Below are positions 24,294 to 33,735 of a DNA stretch of 37,613 nt, in pieces; positions within the stretch are counted from its first letter, which is position 1; every line of letters begins with the position of its first letter. The notes beneath the pieces are model-generated. The model was given only the letters and a program-made list of their open reading frames with translations, was not told the origin of the DNA and did no database searches. Source of the stretch: a virus. Taxonomy: Duplodnaviria > Caudoviricetes. The translations under genes and the position numbers were made by a program. The stretch lies in IMG/VR virus record IMGVR_UViG_3300025018_000297, positions 1-37,613 of that record; one strand, 5' to 3'.

Positions 24294-26489
24294 ATGAGCT
24301 TATCATCAACCACCAATAGAGTTTCTTACGCTGGAAATGGGTCAACCACAGATTTCTCATTTCCGTATAAGTTTTTTGCAAACGCAGATCTAGTAATAAT
24401 TCTTGTGGACTCCGACGGTGTTGAAACCACAAAGACCATCACCACGCATTACACTGTGGCTGGGGCTAGCTCAGAGTCCGGCGGAACTGTCACTATGTTA
24501 ACAGCTCCTGCTACGGGTGAGACGCTTGTCATATATAGAAATAAAAGTTTCATCCAAGAGCTTGATCTTGTAGAGAACGACGCGGCCCCGGCGGAAGAAA
24601 CCGAGAAGCAGCTCGACAAGATTGTGATGATGATCCAGCGTTTAAGCGACCTTGTGAATAGAAGTGTAAGACTGACAGACGGATTCAGCGATGCTTTCAC
24701 GCTAACTCTTCCCGCGGATTTAGCCACGGCAAACTCTTTGCTTGTGGTGAATGCCGCCGGCAACGGGTTTGACCTTGGCCCAACAACTACGGAGCTTGCT
24801 GATGCTGAGGCGGAGGCCGCAGCGGCAGCCGTGTCAGCTAGCGCAGCCTCTGCTAGTGCGGATCTTGCTGCGGATTGGGCGGCCAAGATAGACGGTATCG
24901 TTGATTCAACAGACTACTCATCAAAGGCGTGGGCGATTGGCGGAACGGGGGTCACGGACACCGCCTCTAGAGGAGCGTCAAAAGAGTGGGCCATCGAAAC
25001 CTCGGGCACTGTGGATGGGACAAGCTACTCGGCAAAGGAATGGGCGCAAGGAACTCAAACCAGAGGTGTGTCTGGCGGTGGATCTTCAAAAGACTGGGCG
25101 AACTACACGGCTGATACCGTGGATGACGCAGAGTATTCAGCAAAGGAGTGGGCCCAAGGTACGCAGACAAGAGGCGTGGCTAGTAGCGGCTCGGCAAAAG
25201 ACTGGGCCACTTACACTGCGGGAACTGTGGATGACGCAGAGTATTCGGCTAAATACTATTCGCAGCTCGCAGCGGCTAGCGCAGCTCAAGCCGCGGCATT
25301 CTTTACAGATGTAATTCAAATAGATAACACCGACTCACCGTACACTGTGGACGCCACACATAACGGCAAGTTCATATCTGTGGACACATCAGGCGGCGCA
25401 GTCACAATATCCCTGCCAGAAATATCCGGGCTCACACTTCCGTTCACGCTAGGAGTTAAGCTAGACACCGCAGGCAATACACTGACAGTTAACCCTGGCG
25501 GTTCGGATGAGATAGATTTTGGCGCGTCAAAAGCAGTCAGCATTGATGGCGCGGGATTCATTGCCATCGCAGAGAGCAGCTCCACGCCAGATAACTGGTT
25601 CACCGCGGAGACCGGGGGCACAGGCATAACATCAGTAGCCACGTTTGGGTCTACGCCAAACACCGCGGGCGCTTCGATATCGGGAACGTCGTTAACTCTT
25701 CAGCCAGCCGATGGAACTAACCCCGGCGGAGTATCAACAGCTGCTCAGACTTTCGCAGGAAACAAAACTTTCAGTGGCACGATACTTGGTCCCGCGGGTA
25801 CGAACTCTCTACCGGCGCATTCTTTCTCCGCAGATCCCGACACGGGGATTTATAACTCGGCAACTAACACGATAGCCTTTGCCACTAACGCCGGTCTAAG
25901 GGCAATCATAAATGCCACCGGACAGCTCATTGTTGGCGGCACCAACCAAACTTCTGTGCGGCACGAGTTTTATAACAACTCAACTACTTCGGAAACCATG
26001 TACATTCAAAATAGGGATATAGGCAGTTCGTCGGAGCCAAGGGCTAGTATTGTATGCGTGAAAGGCTCTGGGACAACATCTACTTTACAGGTATTCCAAC
26101 AGTTCTTCATAAGCGCTGGAGCAACTGGTAGCGGCCAGATCAATGCTAACGGCGCGGGGGCTGTGGCATTCGGATCTTTCTCGGACATAAGGCTAAAGGA
26201 CAACATCAAAGACCTGCCGTCTCAGCTAGAGAGCATTATGAAACTTCGACCGGTGGAGTTTGATTATAAAGATGGCTCTGGTCATCAAATAGGTTTCATC
26301 GCACAAGAAGTTGAGAGAGTATACCCAGACTTAATCGGAAAGAATGTAGACGGCATTCTCACAATTTCGGGACTGTCAAAGACCGAGGCAAGACTTGTCA
26401 GCGCAGTTCAAGAGTTAGTTAAGAAAGTAGAAAAGTTAGAAGACAAAATGAAGGAAATTAAAAAACAAAAGGGGGATAAAGATGGATGA
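24294..26489 (+). CDS. Tail fibre with N-terminal adaptor domain and C-terminal peptidase S74 chaperone
   Basis: YAGNGSTTDFSFPY N-terminus, internal SAKEWA repeats, SDIRLKDNI...GFIAQEVE. Confidence 0.88.
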   Translation: MSLSSTTNRVSYAGNGSTTDFSFPYKFFANADLVIILVDSDGVETTKTITTHYTVAGASSESGGTVTMLTAPATGETLVIYRNKSFIQELDLVENDAAPAEETEKQLDKIVMMIQRLSDLVNRSVRLTDGFSDAFTLTLPADLATANSLLVVNAAGNGFDLGPTTTELADAEAEAAAAAVSASAASASADLAADWAAKIDGIVDSTDYSSKAWAIGGTGVTDTASRGASKEWAIETSGTVDGTSYSAKEWAQGTQTRGVSGGGSSKDWANYTADTVDDAEYSAKEWAQGTQTRGVASSGSAKDWATYTAGTVDDAEYSAKYYSQLAAASAAQAAAFFTDVIQIDNTDSPYTVDATHNGKFISVDTSGGAVTISLPEISGLTLPFTLGVKLDTAGNTLTVNPGGSDEIDFGASKAVSIDGAGFIAIAESSSTPDNWFTAETGGTGITSVATFGSTPNTAGASISGTSLTLQPADGTNPGGVSTAAQTFAGNKTFSGTILGPAGTNSLPAHSFSADPDTGIYNSATNTIAFATNAGLRAIINATGQLIVGGTNQTSVRHEFYNNSTTSETMYIQNRDIGSSSEPRASIVCVKGSGTTSTLQVFQQFFISAGATGSGQINANGAGAVAFGSFSDIRLKDNIKDLPSQLESIMKLRPVEFDYKDGSGHQIGFIAQEVERVYPDLIGKNVDGILTISGLSKTEARLVSAVQELVKKVEKLEDKMKEIKKQKGDKDG
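24915..25259 (+). repeat. About three 36-37-aa internal repeats in the tail fibre
   Basis: YSAKEWAQGTQTRGV..GS.KDWA.YT..TVDDAE units start at 24915, 25026 and 25134, with a partial unit at 25242. Confidence 0.85.
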
Positions 26490-26724
26490 CATACTTTTAA
26501 AAGTTAAGGAATTTGCACCGATAATCCTGGAAGTTCTAGGGGCATTGGTACTAGTGGCAACGGTAATTGTGCGCGCCACACCTTCACCTGCGGATGATGC
26601 TAGCGTCAGCTCAATAGCGCAGAAGTTCTTTAAGGTTGTTAACTACCTTCCAACTCTAGGCATAAACCCTAGAACTAAGAAGATAGAAGAGACATATAAC
26701 GAACTTAAGAACAAGAATGCTTAA
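26482..26724 (+). CDS. Putative holin
   Basis: 80 aa; TM segment followed by TPSPADD; charged C-terminus; follows the tail fibre. Confidence 0.6.
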   Translation: MDDILLKVKEFAPIILEVLGALVLVATVIVRATPSPADDASVSSIAQKFFKVVNYLPTLGINPRTKKIEETYNELKNKNA

Positions 26725-26905
26725 GGCTATCCTAGCACTTTTGACTGCTCTTCCAGAGATATTGCGGCTAATAAACAAACTGGAAGAGCAGCACAAAAAA
26801 GACGGAGTCAACAAGAGGGTTAAGGATGACATCAAAAAAATCAACGATGCCTTTGCTAGTGGTGACTCTTCTGCTCTTGATCGTATCTTTCGCGGCGACT
26901 CTTAG
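26717..26905 (+). CDS. Putative i-spanin (Rz-like)
   Basis: Hydrophobic N-terminus plus charged helix; overlapped by a lipoprotein gene. Confidence 0.5.
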   Translation: MLKAILALLTALPEILRLINKLEEQHKKDGVNKRVKDDIKKINDAFASGDSSALDRIFRGDS

Positions 26906-27035
26906 CGGCTGCGCCTCCACAGAGGAGCCCGCAGTATTTGACGCCCACTGGAACATACAAGGTGACAAGGCGTGCTTAAGTAAAGACGATGTAATCAAAC
27001 TCAGAGAGACGCTAATAAGATGCAAAACGAAGTAG
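26826..27035 (+). CDS. Putative o-spanin lipoprotein (Rz1-like)
   Basis: Signal peptide with lipobox LSGC; starts inside the upstream gene in another frame. Confidence 0.65.
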   Translation: MTSKKSTMPLLVVTLLLLIVSFAATLSGCASTEEPAVFDAHWNIQGDKACLSKDDVIKLRETLIRCKTK

Positions 27036-27310
27036 CTCAGACGCTGGCAAGCCTTGATATGAATACCGTATACACTTTTGTGGGTATGGGGATCATAACA
27101 AACCTCGGCATAATAGGAACCATCGTGGCCTTCGTGGTTAAGAGCATCCACAAAACCACGTGGCTAGTGGCTAAGTATGACTCAAGATCCGAGAAGCAAG
27201 ACAGAGACATCAACGCAAGCTTTCAAATGATAAGAGAGCTCCGCGATAAGCTTGATGAAACCTATGTACTAGTAAAAGAAATTAAGGCGCGTGAAACAAC
27301 TAATAGATAA
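27020..27310 (+). CDS. Membrane protein with coiled coil (lysis cassette)
   Basis: One TM segment followed by a coiled coil. Confidence 0.7.
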   Translation: MQNEVAQTLASLDMNTVYTFVGMGIITNLGIIGTIVAFVVKSIHKTTWLVAKYDSRSEKQDRDINASFQMIRELRDKLDETYVLVKEIKARETTNR

Positions 27311-27461
27311 GGCATGTATCAAATGGTCTTCTCTTTTGCTGATGGTTGTAGCCACCGCGTTTCTACTTTACTTCGGATACATAGAACTTAAGTTCTCTAA
27401 GATGCAAAAGCAGCTAGATGCCAACAGCCTTTGCTGTGAAGAGTGTCTAATCTACAATTGA
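27291..27461 (+). CDS. 56-aa single-TM protein with C-terminal Cys cluster
   Basis: Manual translation MKQLIDKACIKWSSLLLMVVATAFLLYFGYIELKFSKMQKQLDANSLCCEECLIYN; GTG start after aagg; fills the gap to the convergent primase gene. Confidence 0.6.
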   Translation: MKQLIDKACIKWSSLLLMVVATAFLLYFGYIELKFSKMQKQLDANSLCCEECLIYN

Positions 27462-29644
27462 TCCCAATCAATTTGATGGCCAATCCAAAGGCTCATTGAT
27501 TCCCTACAAGTACTCAAGTCTGGAAGTAGGTACGCCGTTGATCTATCGCCGCCTAAAATTCTTGCTCTGATGTTCACGCGAGGGCAAAGCTGCTTCAGCT
27601 TACACCCTATGGCTTTTGCACTCATAACTCTAGACCTCGAGTTTTTCCCTTTAGAGAAATGAAGGAAAGCGTTTCTAAGTTTAGATTTTGAAACCCGATC
27701 CGGCCAGCTATCCTCAAACTCCAGCCCTGGAAGAGCGGCATCAGATAGCGCCTGAAACCAGAACTCTTCAAACAGGTCTAGCGAATTAATTTTTTGATCC
27801 AGTAGCCACTGGGTTTTTGGTATCACGTTTATATCAACGGAGTTTAGATCAAAGGTCTTTAGATAGTGCATCAGCACTTCATTGCCGCCCTTTTCATCAA
27901 TACCGATTCGCATCTTGTGGAAAAATTTGTTGTCTTGTTTTCTGCCCTCGCCAACTTGAAACACCGCGTACCTGCGCTCATCGCTACTGGCCGGAACAAG
28001 CCACTCTTCATTACCTATAATCACAAATCGGCAAAGGTTATCTACCTTGTAAACCTCTTTGCCTTTTCTTTCTATTTGAATTTCTGTCTGCGTGGTTAGG
28101 CTCTTGAGCTTACCCTCTGCCGCCTTATCGCCAGACCAAAAAGCCTCATCAAGTACTAGGCATAGGGCGGAGTCCAAGTGTCCATTAAAATTACCAGTAA
28201 GATACCTGCCGTCATGAGCCACGCTATAGTGTCCGCCTCCAAGTAAACCCCCAACTCTATCAATGAGCGCATTCTTTCCGACGCCTTTGGTACCCTTGAA
28301 CACTAAGGTTGTAAGCGGTCTTTCATATGGCTTTTGAATCATGTGCGCAAAATACCCCATGAGCCACGCAAATAAAGATTCATCGGAATCACACACGTTC
28401 TTAAGCGCGTGTTCCATGAACATGTCAAAGCTCTCTTTGGCTAGAGCTCCGGCCCGTTCATATGGCGTGGCCTTACAAGCAAACCCTCGCCACAGATTAT
28501 AATAGTTAGGGGGCACCTGGATCTCTGGCCTAAAACATAGGCCTTCATATTGGCGACGGCCTTTCCAATCAAGCCACAGCTCTGCCACAGTCTTGGCCCT
28601 ACCGCTGCCTTGTTGCACAAGATCGGGAGAAAACTTTCTTTTAAACGACATCTCATTTAAAAAAACCCTGGCAGGTCTACCCTTTTCATCATTAGTTTCA
28701 AATAGTATTGAGTGCCCATCTCCAAAAATTAAGGCGTACTTTTCATTCATCTTTTCTAAAAAGCTTTTCTCAGTGTCATCAGAGTTAACAACACTGAACT
28801 CCGTCTCCGGGGCAAGCGCACCTGGCGCCAATAGTCCGTAGCTATAAGCGTTTAGTACCTTGGATTTTAATTCATGTAAATCCCATGGCGGAAGGCACCT
28901 TTCGTTCCAGTGGCCGAGCATAAGGTCTATCGCCACCTCGGGTCTTACGCCAAAGTCTTTAACTCTGCATGCAACTTGATAGGTAGTGGCGTCACCGGAA
29001 TCGCCTTGAAAAGCGAGCGGAGCTTCAAGCTCAAGATATTCTTTCACGCGGGCAATTGCTTGTGACTCATTTATGTCATCAAGATTAACCTCTAAATTCG
29101 ATTTCTCTTTCGGCGTTGAGCAGCTAGCAATTATCCAGTCAGGACAGTCGCGCACTTCAAAAACTTTTGAATTGAACTTGTATTGTTTACCGTTTATTTC
29201 GCTGCCGCTTCCGACTATGTATCCGCCGTGAGATCTAATATCAAGACCTCTGGCTAAAACATCAGAGCCCTGCTTCACTGCTTTAGCGGCCTTAAAGATA
29301 AGGTGCATGCCGCCAGTGGGGGTTTCTTGTGTAAGAGTTTGGCCGAAGTACTTGCCCTCAAGCTCAAGCTTTAAGAGCTCATCGCTGCCGCTCTTATCAT
29401 TCTTGTTATCTACATCAACAACAACAAGCCCCTGACTACAGTTATAACTAGTGGTACAAATGCCGATATTGTATGGCTGCTCAACTCCGAGCACCGGGTC
29501 TATCCACCAACTTCTTATTTGTTCATGTTCTTTAGTCGCTCGGTTTACAAAGTCGCTGATAAGTGGCAGCTTGCTGTTCGGCCTCAGCGGGAATACATGA
29601 AAACCCATGTCCGCTAATTGTAAGGCAGCCTTTAAGAAGCTCAT
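27452..29644 (-). CDS. Bifunctional primase-polymerase (Prim-Pol) fused to a DUF5906-like helicase
   Basis: GFHVFPL..NSKLP, VVDVD, TPTGGMHL, DIRSHGGYIV; Walker A GTKGVGKN, Walker B LVLDEA, ERRY. Confidence 0.9.
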   Translation of the reverse strand: MSFLKAALQLADMGFHVFPLRPNSKLPLISDFVNRATKEHEQIRSWWIDPVLGVEQPYNIGICTTSYNCSQGLVVVDVDNKNDKSGSDELLKLELEGKYFGQTLTQETPTGGMHLIFKAAKAVKQGSDVLARGLDIRSHGGYIVGSGSEINGKQYKFNSKVFEVRDCPDWIIASCSTPKEKSNLEVNLDDINESQAIARVKEYLELEAPLAFQGDSGDATTYQVACRVKDFGVRPEVAIDLMLGHWNERCLPPWDLHELKSKVLNAYSYGLLAPGALAPETEFSVVNSDDTEKSFLEKMNEKYALIFGDGHSILFETNDEKGRPARVFLNEMSFKRKFSPDLVQQGSGRAKTVAELWLDWKGRRQYEGLCFRPEIQVPPNYYNLWRGFACKATPYERAGALAKESFDMFMEHALKNVCDSDESLFAWLMGYFAHMIQKPYERPLTTLVFKGTKGVGKNALIDRVGGLLGGGHYSVAHDGRYLTGNFNGHLDSALCLVLDEAFWSGDKAAEGKLKSLTTQTEIQIERKGKEVYKVDNLCRFVIIGNEEWLVPASSDERRYAVFQVGEGRKQDNKFFHKMRIGIDEKGGNEVLMHYLKTFDLNSVDINVIPKTQWLLDQKINSLDLFEEFWFQALSDAALPGLEFEDSWPDRVSKSKLRNAFLHFSKGKNSRSRVMSAKAIGCKLKQLCPRVNIRARILGGDRSTAYLLPDLSTCRESMSLWIGHQIDWDQL

Positions 29645-31629
29645 TTTCTAAACCTCTCTGCGCGCCAACCTTCAGCCGCGATCGGAAGTCCGCTCGCCCA
29701 TGCTGGGATGTCAGTCATAAGCTGTTCCACTTCTATTTCGGAGCCGAAAGTTTTTGGCACCTCGACCACGCACTCATCATGAACGTGCATCACAATAGGA
29801 TATCCCGCTAATTCGAGCTTTGGCATCACGTTTGACAGCACGCATCGGGCAGTGGCCTGCGTCACGTTCTCGCATAGCTTGCCTCCATAGGTCTTGGTTC
29901 GTAGCCACTTACCATTTATAGAAGTCTTGTATGTGAGTGTCTCTTTTAAACCTCCCCACGGGGTAGAGACGGCCTCAATCTTAGGATAGGGATAACAAAT
30001 AACTCTACCCGATGGCAGCTGACACCAAAGGAAAGAGCCAGCCATTTTAAAGGCTACCTTAATACCTAGGGGGCCGACCTTGTATACATCGCCCGGATAC
30101 TTAACCGCGGCTAAGGCCGCGGACTCAAGGTCAGACCAATACTTAACAATGCGCCTGTTGGTGTCTCGCCACGCGAGCTTAATTCTATCAGCTTCTGTAT
30201 CTGTTATGGATAGCCCATAGACTTTAGCCATGGATTGAAACGCAACAACCCCGCCTTGATAACCAAGCGCTAGTTCCGCCACTTTCCCTACCATTCGCTG
30301 CTGTTTTGTCACGTACTCCATGTTGATCCCATATATGTCGGCAGCTGCACGCTCATATATCTTGCCGCTAGTAGCGAACGTCCGTGTCTTACTGTCTTGC
30401 CCTGCTAACCAAGAAAGAACCCGAGCTTCAATGGCGGAGAAGTCGCATCCTATAAAGTCGAAACCAGGTTTTGATTTAATGAAAGCACGGATGCAGTCAC
30501 TCACAACAGAAAGCGCGGAGCCGAAAAACATAGAGAGTTCTTGGCATATGTCTTCTGTTCTGCGGCCTGAGCATATGATTTCTAAAGCGGCCTCAATGTT
30601 TTCTTGAGATAGAGAGGGCCTAGGAAGGTTATGAAGCTGCACTCGTCTTCCCGCCCATCTACCTGTCGTTGCACCATGGTATTGAAAGAGACCCCGAATA
30701 CGGTTGTCATTAACCATACCCAGAGTCATAGCGTTTAGCTTCGCAGTTGACGTCTTTGCTGCCTCTTTTCTCAGCATAAGGGCCCGTCTACATACCTCTG
30801 GGAGGTTGGCGTCATCTAATAGCTCCGCCACCTCGTGCTTCGCAACTGAGGGCACATCAACGTCATTAGATTTAAGCCAATCAACTATCTGACCGACGGC
30901 GGAGCACGTGGCCACGGCGCCAGATGTCACCTCTCGCATCTCGCTATCAAGCCTGCGCTTTTCAAATTCAATGAGTTCGCCGGCCTTTGCAATTGCCGCG
31001 GTATCAATACCAACGCCGCGCCTATTTATGTGCCAGTCTCTTACCCAAAGCTTCTGCTCTTCAGCACTTAAAACCCTTAGACGCTTGTAAAGTTCTCTTT
31101 CCACAGCCACATCTTGAATGCAGTACTCATACAGAATTTTAAATTTCTCTGGCGCAGAATCTTCGGTCCACCATGTGGGCTCTGGTAGCGCAGCGCCAGC
31201 TCGCGGCCTTGAGAGCTGCATCATCACGCGCTTTCCTTGCATGTCTTTTCTAGACTCAAGCCCGCACGCAGCGCTTGCGCCATCTAGCGAGCCCGGAAGT
31301 CCCATGGCGTAAGCCATCGCCATAGTGTCGTGGAGCTGCTCAACTGAGAGTTCCGGCCAATTAAGTTTGGGGGCTAAGACTTGGTTCCAAATAAGAATTT
31401 CAAAGCCACCAACATTATGCCCAACGACTGTGTCTAAATTTCTAACGTGAGTTAAGAGCGCATCTGGCGGGGGAGCACCGGGTTTCCACAAAGACACCGG
31501 GCCGTCATTAATGACCCACGCCATACAAAGAACATCGGTTGTCTTATCACTTGCGTAAACGTCCGACCCGCACTTTGGCAGGTCGCACTCTGACCTAGTT
31601 TCAAAATCTATATAAGCAGTAGACGCCAC
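29641..31629 (-). CDS. polA: DNA polymerase family A with 3'-5' exonuclease
   Basis: IDFETRS (Exo I), TGRWAG, DFSAIEARV (motif A), R..GKVAELALGY (motif B), VHDE (motif C). Confidence 0.95.
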   Translation of the reverse strand: MASTAYIDFETRSECDLPKCGSDVYASDKTTDVLCMAWVINDGPVSLWKPGAPPPDALLTHVRNLDTVVGHNVGGFEILIWNQVLAPKLNWPELSVEQLHDTMAMAYAMGLPGSLDGASAACGLESRKDMQGKRVMMQLSRPRAGAALPEPTWWTEDSAPEKFKILYEYCIQDVAVERELYKRLRVLSAEEQKLWVRDWHINRRGVGIDTAAIAKAGELIEFEKRRLDSEMREVTSGAVATCSAVGQIVDWLKSNDVDVPSVAKHEVAELLDDANLPEVCRRALMLRKEAAKTSTAKLNAMTLGMVNDNRIRGLFQYHGATTGRWAGRRVQLHNLPRPSLSQENIEAALEIICSGRRTEDICQELSMFFGSALSVVSDCIRAFIKSKPGFDFIGCDFSAIEARVLSWLAGQDSKTRTFATSGKIYERAAADIYGINMEYVTKQQRMVGKVAELALGYQGGVVAFQSMAKVYGLSITDTEADRIKLAWRDTNRRIVKYWSDLESAALAAVKYPGDVYKVGPLGIKVAFKMAGSFLWCQLPSGRVICYPYPKIEAVSTPWGGLKETLTYKTSINGKWLRTKTYGGKLCENVTQATARCVLSNVMPKLELAGYPIVMHVHDECVVEVPKTFGSEIEVEQLMTDIPAWASGLPIAAEGWRAERFRK

Positions 31630-31655
31630 TCTTATAGTCCCCCTCTATAATTGGC

Positions 31656-31739
31656 GGCCCGGAGCAGCGCGATGCATTAGGAGATTCACAGGCCATACTT
31701 AACCTACCCTGCAAAAAACGGATCGCCCCACTCCGGACC
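31656..31739 (-). other. Long intergenic RNA stem-loop between ssb and polA
   Basis: ggtccggagtggggcgat pairs with atcgcgctgctccgggcc on the minus strand, using G-U pairs. Confidence 0.55.
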
Positions 31740-31748
31740 ATAAAAAAT

Positions 31749-32327
31749 TTAACTAAAAATAGAACCCGCAGAACCTTGGTTTTCGTCTGTACCGGCTATT
31801 GGCGCAAACTCATCCTCGGCCTTGGCATTACCCCCACCGAGCGGCGTAGCGTCAGCAACCTTTTGAATGTTATTTAGTCCAAAAGAAATGCCCGCATTCC
31901 CCATCTGTTCATATGCATACGCTCTGACTGAAGCCACCGCCCAGCAACCCGCGTAGAATTCTTGCCTATCAATGATCGGCTCTACGTTTTGATTAACGAC
32001 CTGCGGACGCTGATAGCTTTTTAAATTCATAAAAATTGCGCCGGCCTCATGCCCATCTGGCAGAACAAGATTTCCGCTGTCATTTTCTTTTGCCTTCTCG
32101 GCTTGATCTCTAAACGGTGACCTTAAGTTTCTTGGCCACTTGTTTTTGTTAGCGCCCCACTTCTCTATCGCCACGCTTTCGGCCTCAGCTTTTAGCTTTG
32201 ATAGGTCCGCGCCTTTAGGAAAGAGAGCCACAACTGAGTACTCTTCTTTCTTACTTAAAGCGTTTAGCTTTGCTTCAAAGACGCTGGGATAAGAAGCTCT
32301 GAATCTTGGTGTGATGATTGTAGCCAT
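31749..32327 (-). CDS. ssb: Single-stranded DNA-binding protein (DUF2815 / T7 gp2.5-like)
   Basis: RASYPSVFE, PFRD, FYAGCW, GNAGISFGLNNIQKV..LGG; acidic tail. Confidence 0.9.
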   Translation of the reverse strand: MATIITPRFRASYPSVFEAKLNALSKKEEYSVVALFPKGADLSKLKAEAESVAIEKWGANKNKWPRNLRSPFRDQAEKAKENDSGNLVLPDGHEAGAIFMNLKSYQRPQVVNQNVEPIIDRQEFYAGCWAVASVRAYAYEQMGNAGISFGLNNIQKVADATPLGGGNAKAEDEFAPIAGTDENQGSAGSIFS

Positions 32328-32354
32328 TCGTTTTCTCCTTTTTATAGGTTTGTG

Positions 32355-32552
32355 TTAAGAGCCGATTAATGCTGGCTTTTTAATTTCGCATTCAGGTTCA
32401 ACAGTTGTTGGCCGCTTACCATCGGGGTTAATCTGAAGACTCTCTGCTTCTGAAAGTATCTCCTCAATCTGCTTCGTATTGGCCGCGGGTTCCTCTGGAT
32501 TTATATCAAGCTCTAGCTGCTCAACGCTTGATTCAAATCTATCTTCATTCAT
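32355..32552 (-). CDS. Small acidic hypothetical protein
   Basis: RBS aggggg; overlaps the upstream stop. Confidence 0.65.
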   Translation of the reverse strand: MNEDRFESSVEQLELDINPEEPAANTKQIEEILSEAESLQINPDGKRPTTVEPECEIKKPALIGS

Positions 32553-33717
32553 AAACGTGACCCCCTTCTATTTTAATAAACTCATGCTGCGCTCCGACCT
32601 TAGCTGCCGCTCTCTTATCTGATGCGTGCACAAGAGCAAAGCCAGAGCTTTCTTTAACCACAAATTCATCGAGATATTCTCTAGATTCTTTTGATATTAA
32701 TTTTTCCACTTGGGCTGGCGACATAAGTTTTGACTCAAAAAACTCCACATCTGGCGCAATATCAGATAACGCTTTGGCAGTGGCCTCTTCGCTAAAGCGC
32801 CACTTTCTACTGGCTCTCTTCTCTACAAGTTTGTACTCAGCTGGCGGATTTCCGTGCATGGCCTCTTGATACGCAGTCTCTCGAACTTGTTTGATCCACG
32901 CTTCAATAGCTGGGATAGCGTCAAGGGCCTGAGAAAGCCTGATAGAGTCGTAAGATCTAATTACTTGAAACTCTGCCTTAGCCACCGCAAGCGCACGCTC
33001 TCTAAGAACAGGACACGCATCGGCTGCGGCTGGGCAAAACCGGCAATGATCGCCAGGGTTAATGGCCGCCTTTGGATCTTCCGTTGCTATGGCATCAGCT
33101 TTTAAATCTGCCATGAAATCAAGGAGCTCCACCGCGTCCACTTCGCAGCGTCTTATAGGTCCCCTTGAGTGATGACACCTGGGCTGAACAATAATTAATT
33201 CAACAGTGCTACAAACAAACCCAGTTGATAGCAGAGCGCCAGTTCCGTAGTAAAGAAGTTGTAAGTTGTTTTCTACTTCCACCGGGATGCCTGCCCCGTG
33301 CTTATAATCAAACACGAGTAGCTTCTTTTCTTTCTCAAGATAGAGCACGCAGTCAGCTGTGCCAAACAGCCCTGGGTGCACGGATGATAAATCAAAGCGG
33401 TGTTCTATGAGGACATGACCTTTTGAGACCTGGCACCCATGGCATTTGGCTTCTTTTATAACCTCAGAAACATAGTACTTAACGTGTGATAACTCTTCGG
33501 CAGAATACCCGGCAGGGATGAGCGGCTTTCCCGTATTAAAAAAAGCATCCTCTAAAAGCTTGGCCGCAATGTCGTGAGCCACCGTGCCGGCTTCGGCATA
33601 GTCGCTGTGCTTTTGCTCCACCCCATGAGAGAGTCTAACGGATGCGGGGCACGCTTTCCATCGGTAGTAAGATGATGCACCTATTTTAGAGTGCGTAGGC
33701 TTGGTTGCGGCTTTCAT
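32545..33717 (-). CDS. DUF2800 / Cas4-like PD-(D/E)xK nuclease
   Basis: HSKIGASSYYRWKACPAS, FGTAD, DYKHG, QLLYY, C-terminal CRFC...C cluster. Confidence 0.9.
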   Translation of the reverse strand: MKAATKPTHSKIGASSYYRWKACPASVRLSHGVEQKHSDYAEAGTVAHDIAAKLLEDAFFNTGKPLIPAGYSAEELSHVKYYVSEVIKEAKCHGCQVSKGHVLIEHRFDLSSVHPGLFGTADCVLYLEKEKKLLVFDYKHGAGIPVEVENNLQLLYYGTGALLSTGFVCSTVELIIVQPRCHHSRGPIRRCEVDAVELLDFMADLKADAIATEDPKAAINPGDHCRFCPAAADACPVLRERALAVAKAEFQVIRSYDSIRLSQALDAIPAIEAWIKQVRETAYQEAMHGNPPAEYKLVEKRASRKWRFSEEATAKALSDIAPDVEFFESKLMSPAQVEKLISKESREYLDEFVVKESSGFALVHASDKRAAAKVGAQHEFIKIEGGHVYE

Positions 33718-33735
33718 AAAAGTGTTGCGGGTTTA

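Noticed and set aside
20657-25663. Several long antisense or alternate-frame ORFs within the ejection and tail fibre genes
   Set aside because: Codon-bias shadows fully overlapping confident genes.
24294-27461. Diversity-generating retroelement as in BPP-1
   Set aside because: No reverse transcriptase and no TR/VR pair differing at adenines; the fibre repeats differ at synonymous positions.
32511-32528. QLELD as a beta-clamp-binding motif in the small acidic protein
   Set aside because: Lacks the terminal aromatic residue of QLxLF; too weak to claim.
32545-33717. Cas4 as evidence of a CRISPR-Cas system
   Set aside because: A DUF2800-type nuclease is a standard part of this replication module; no other cas genes or array.
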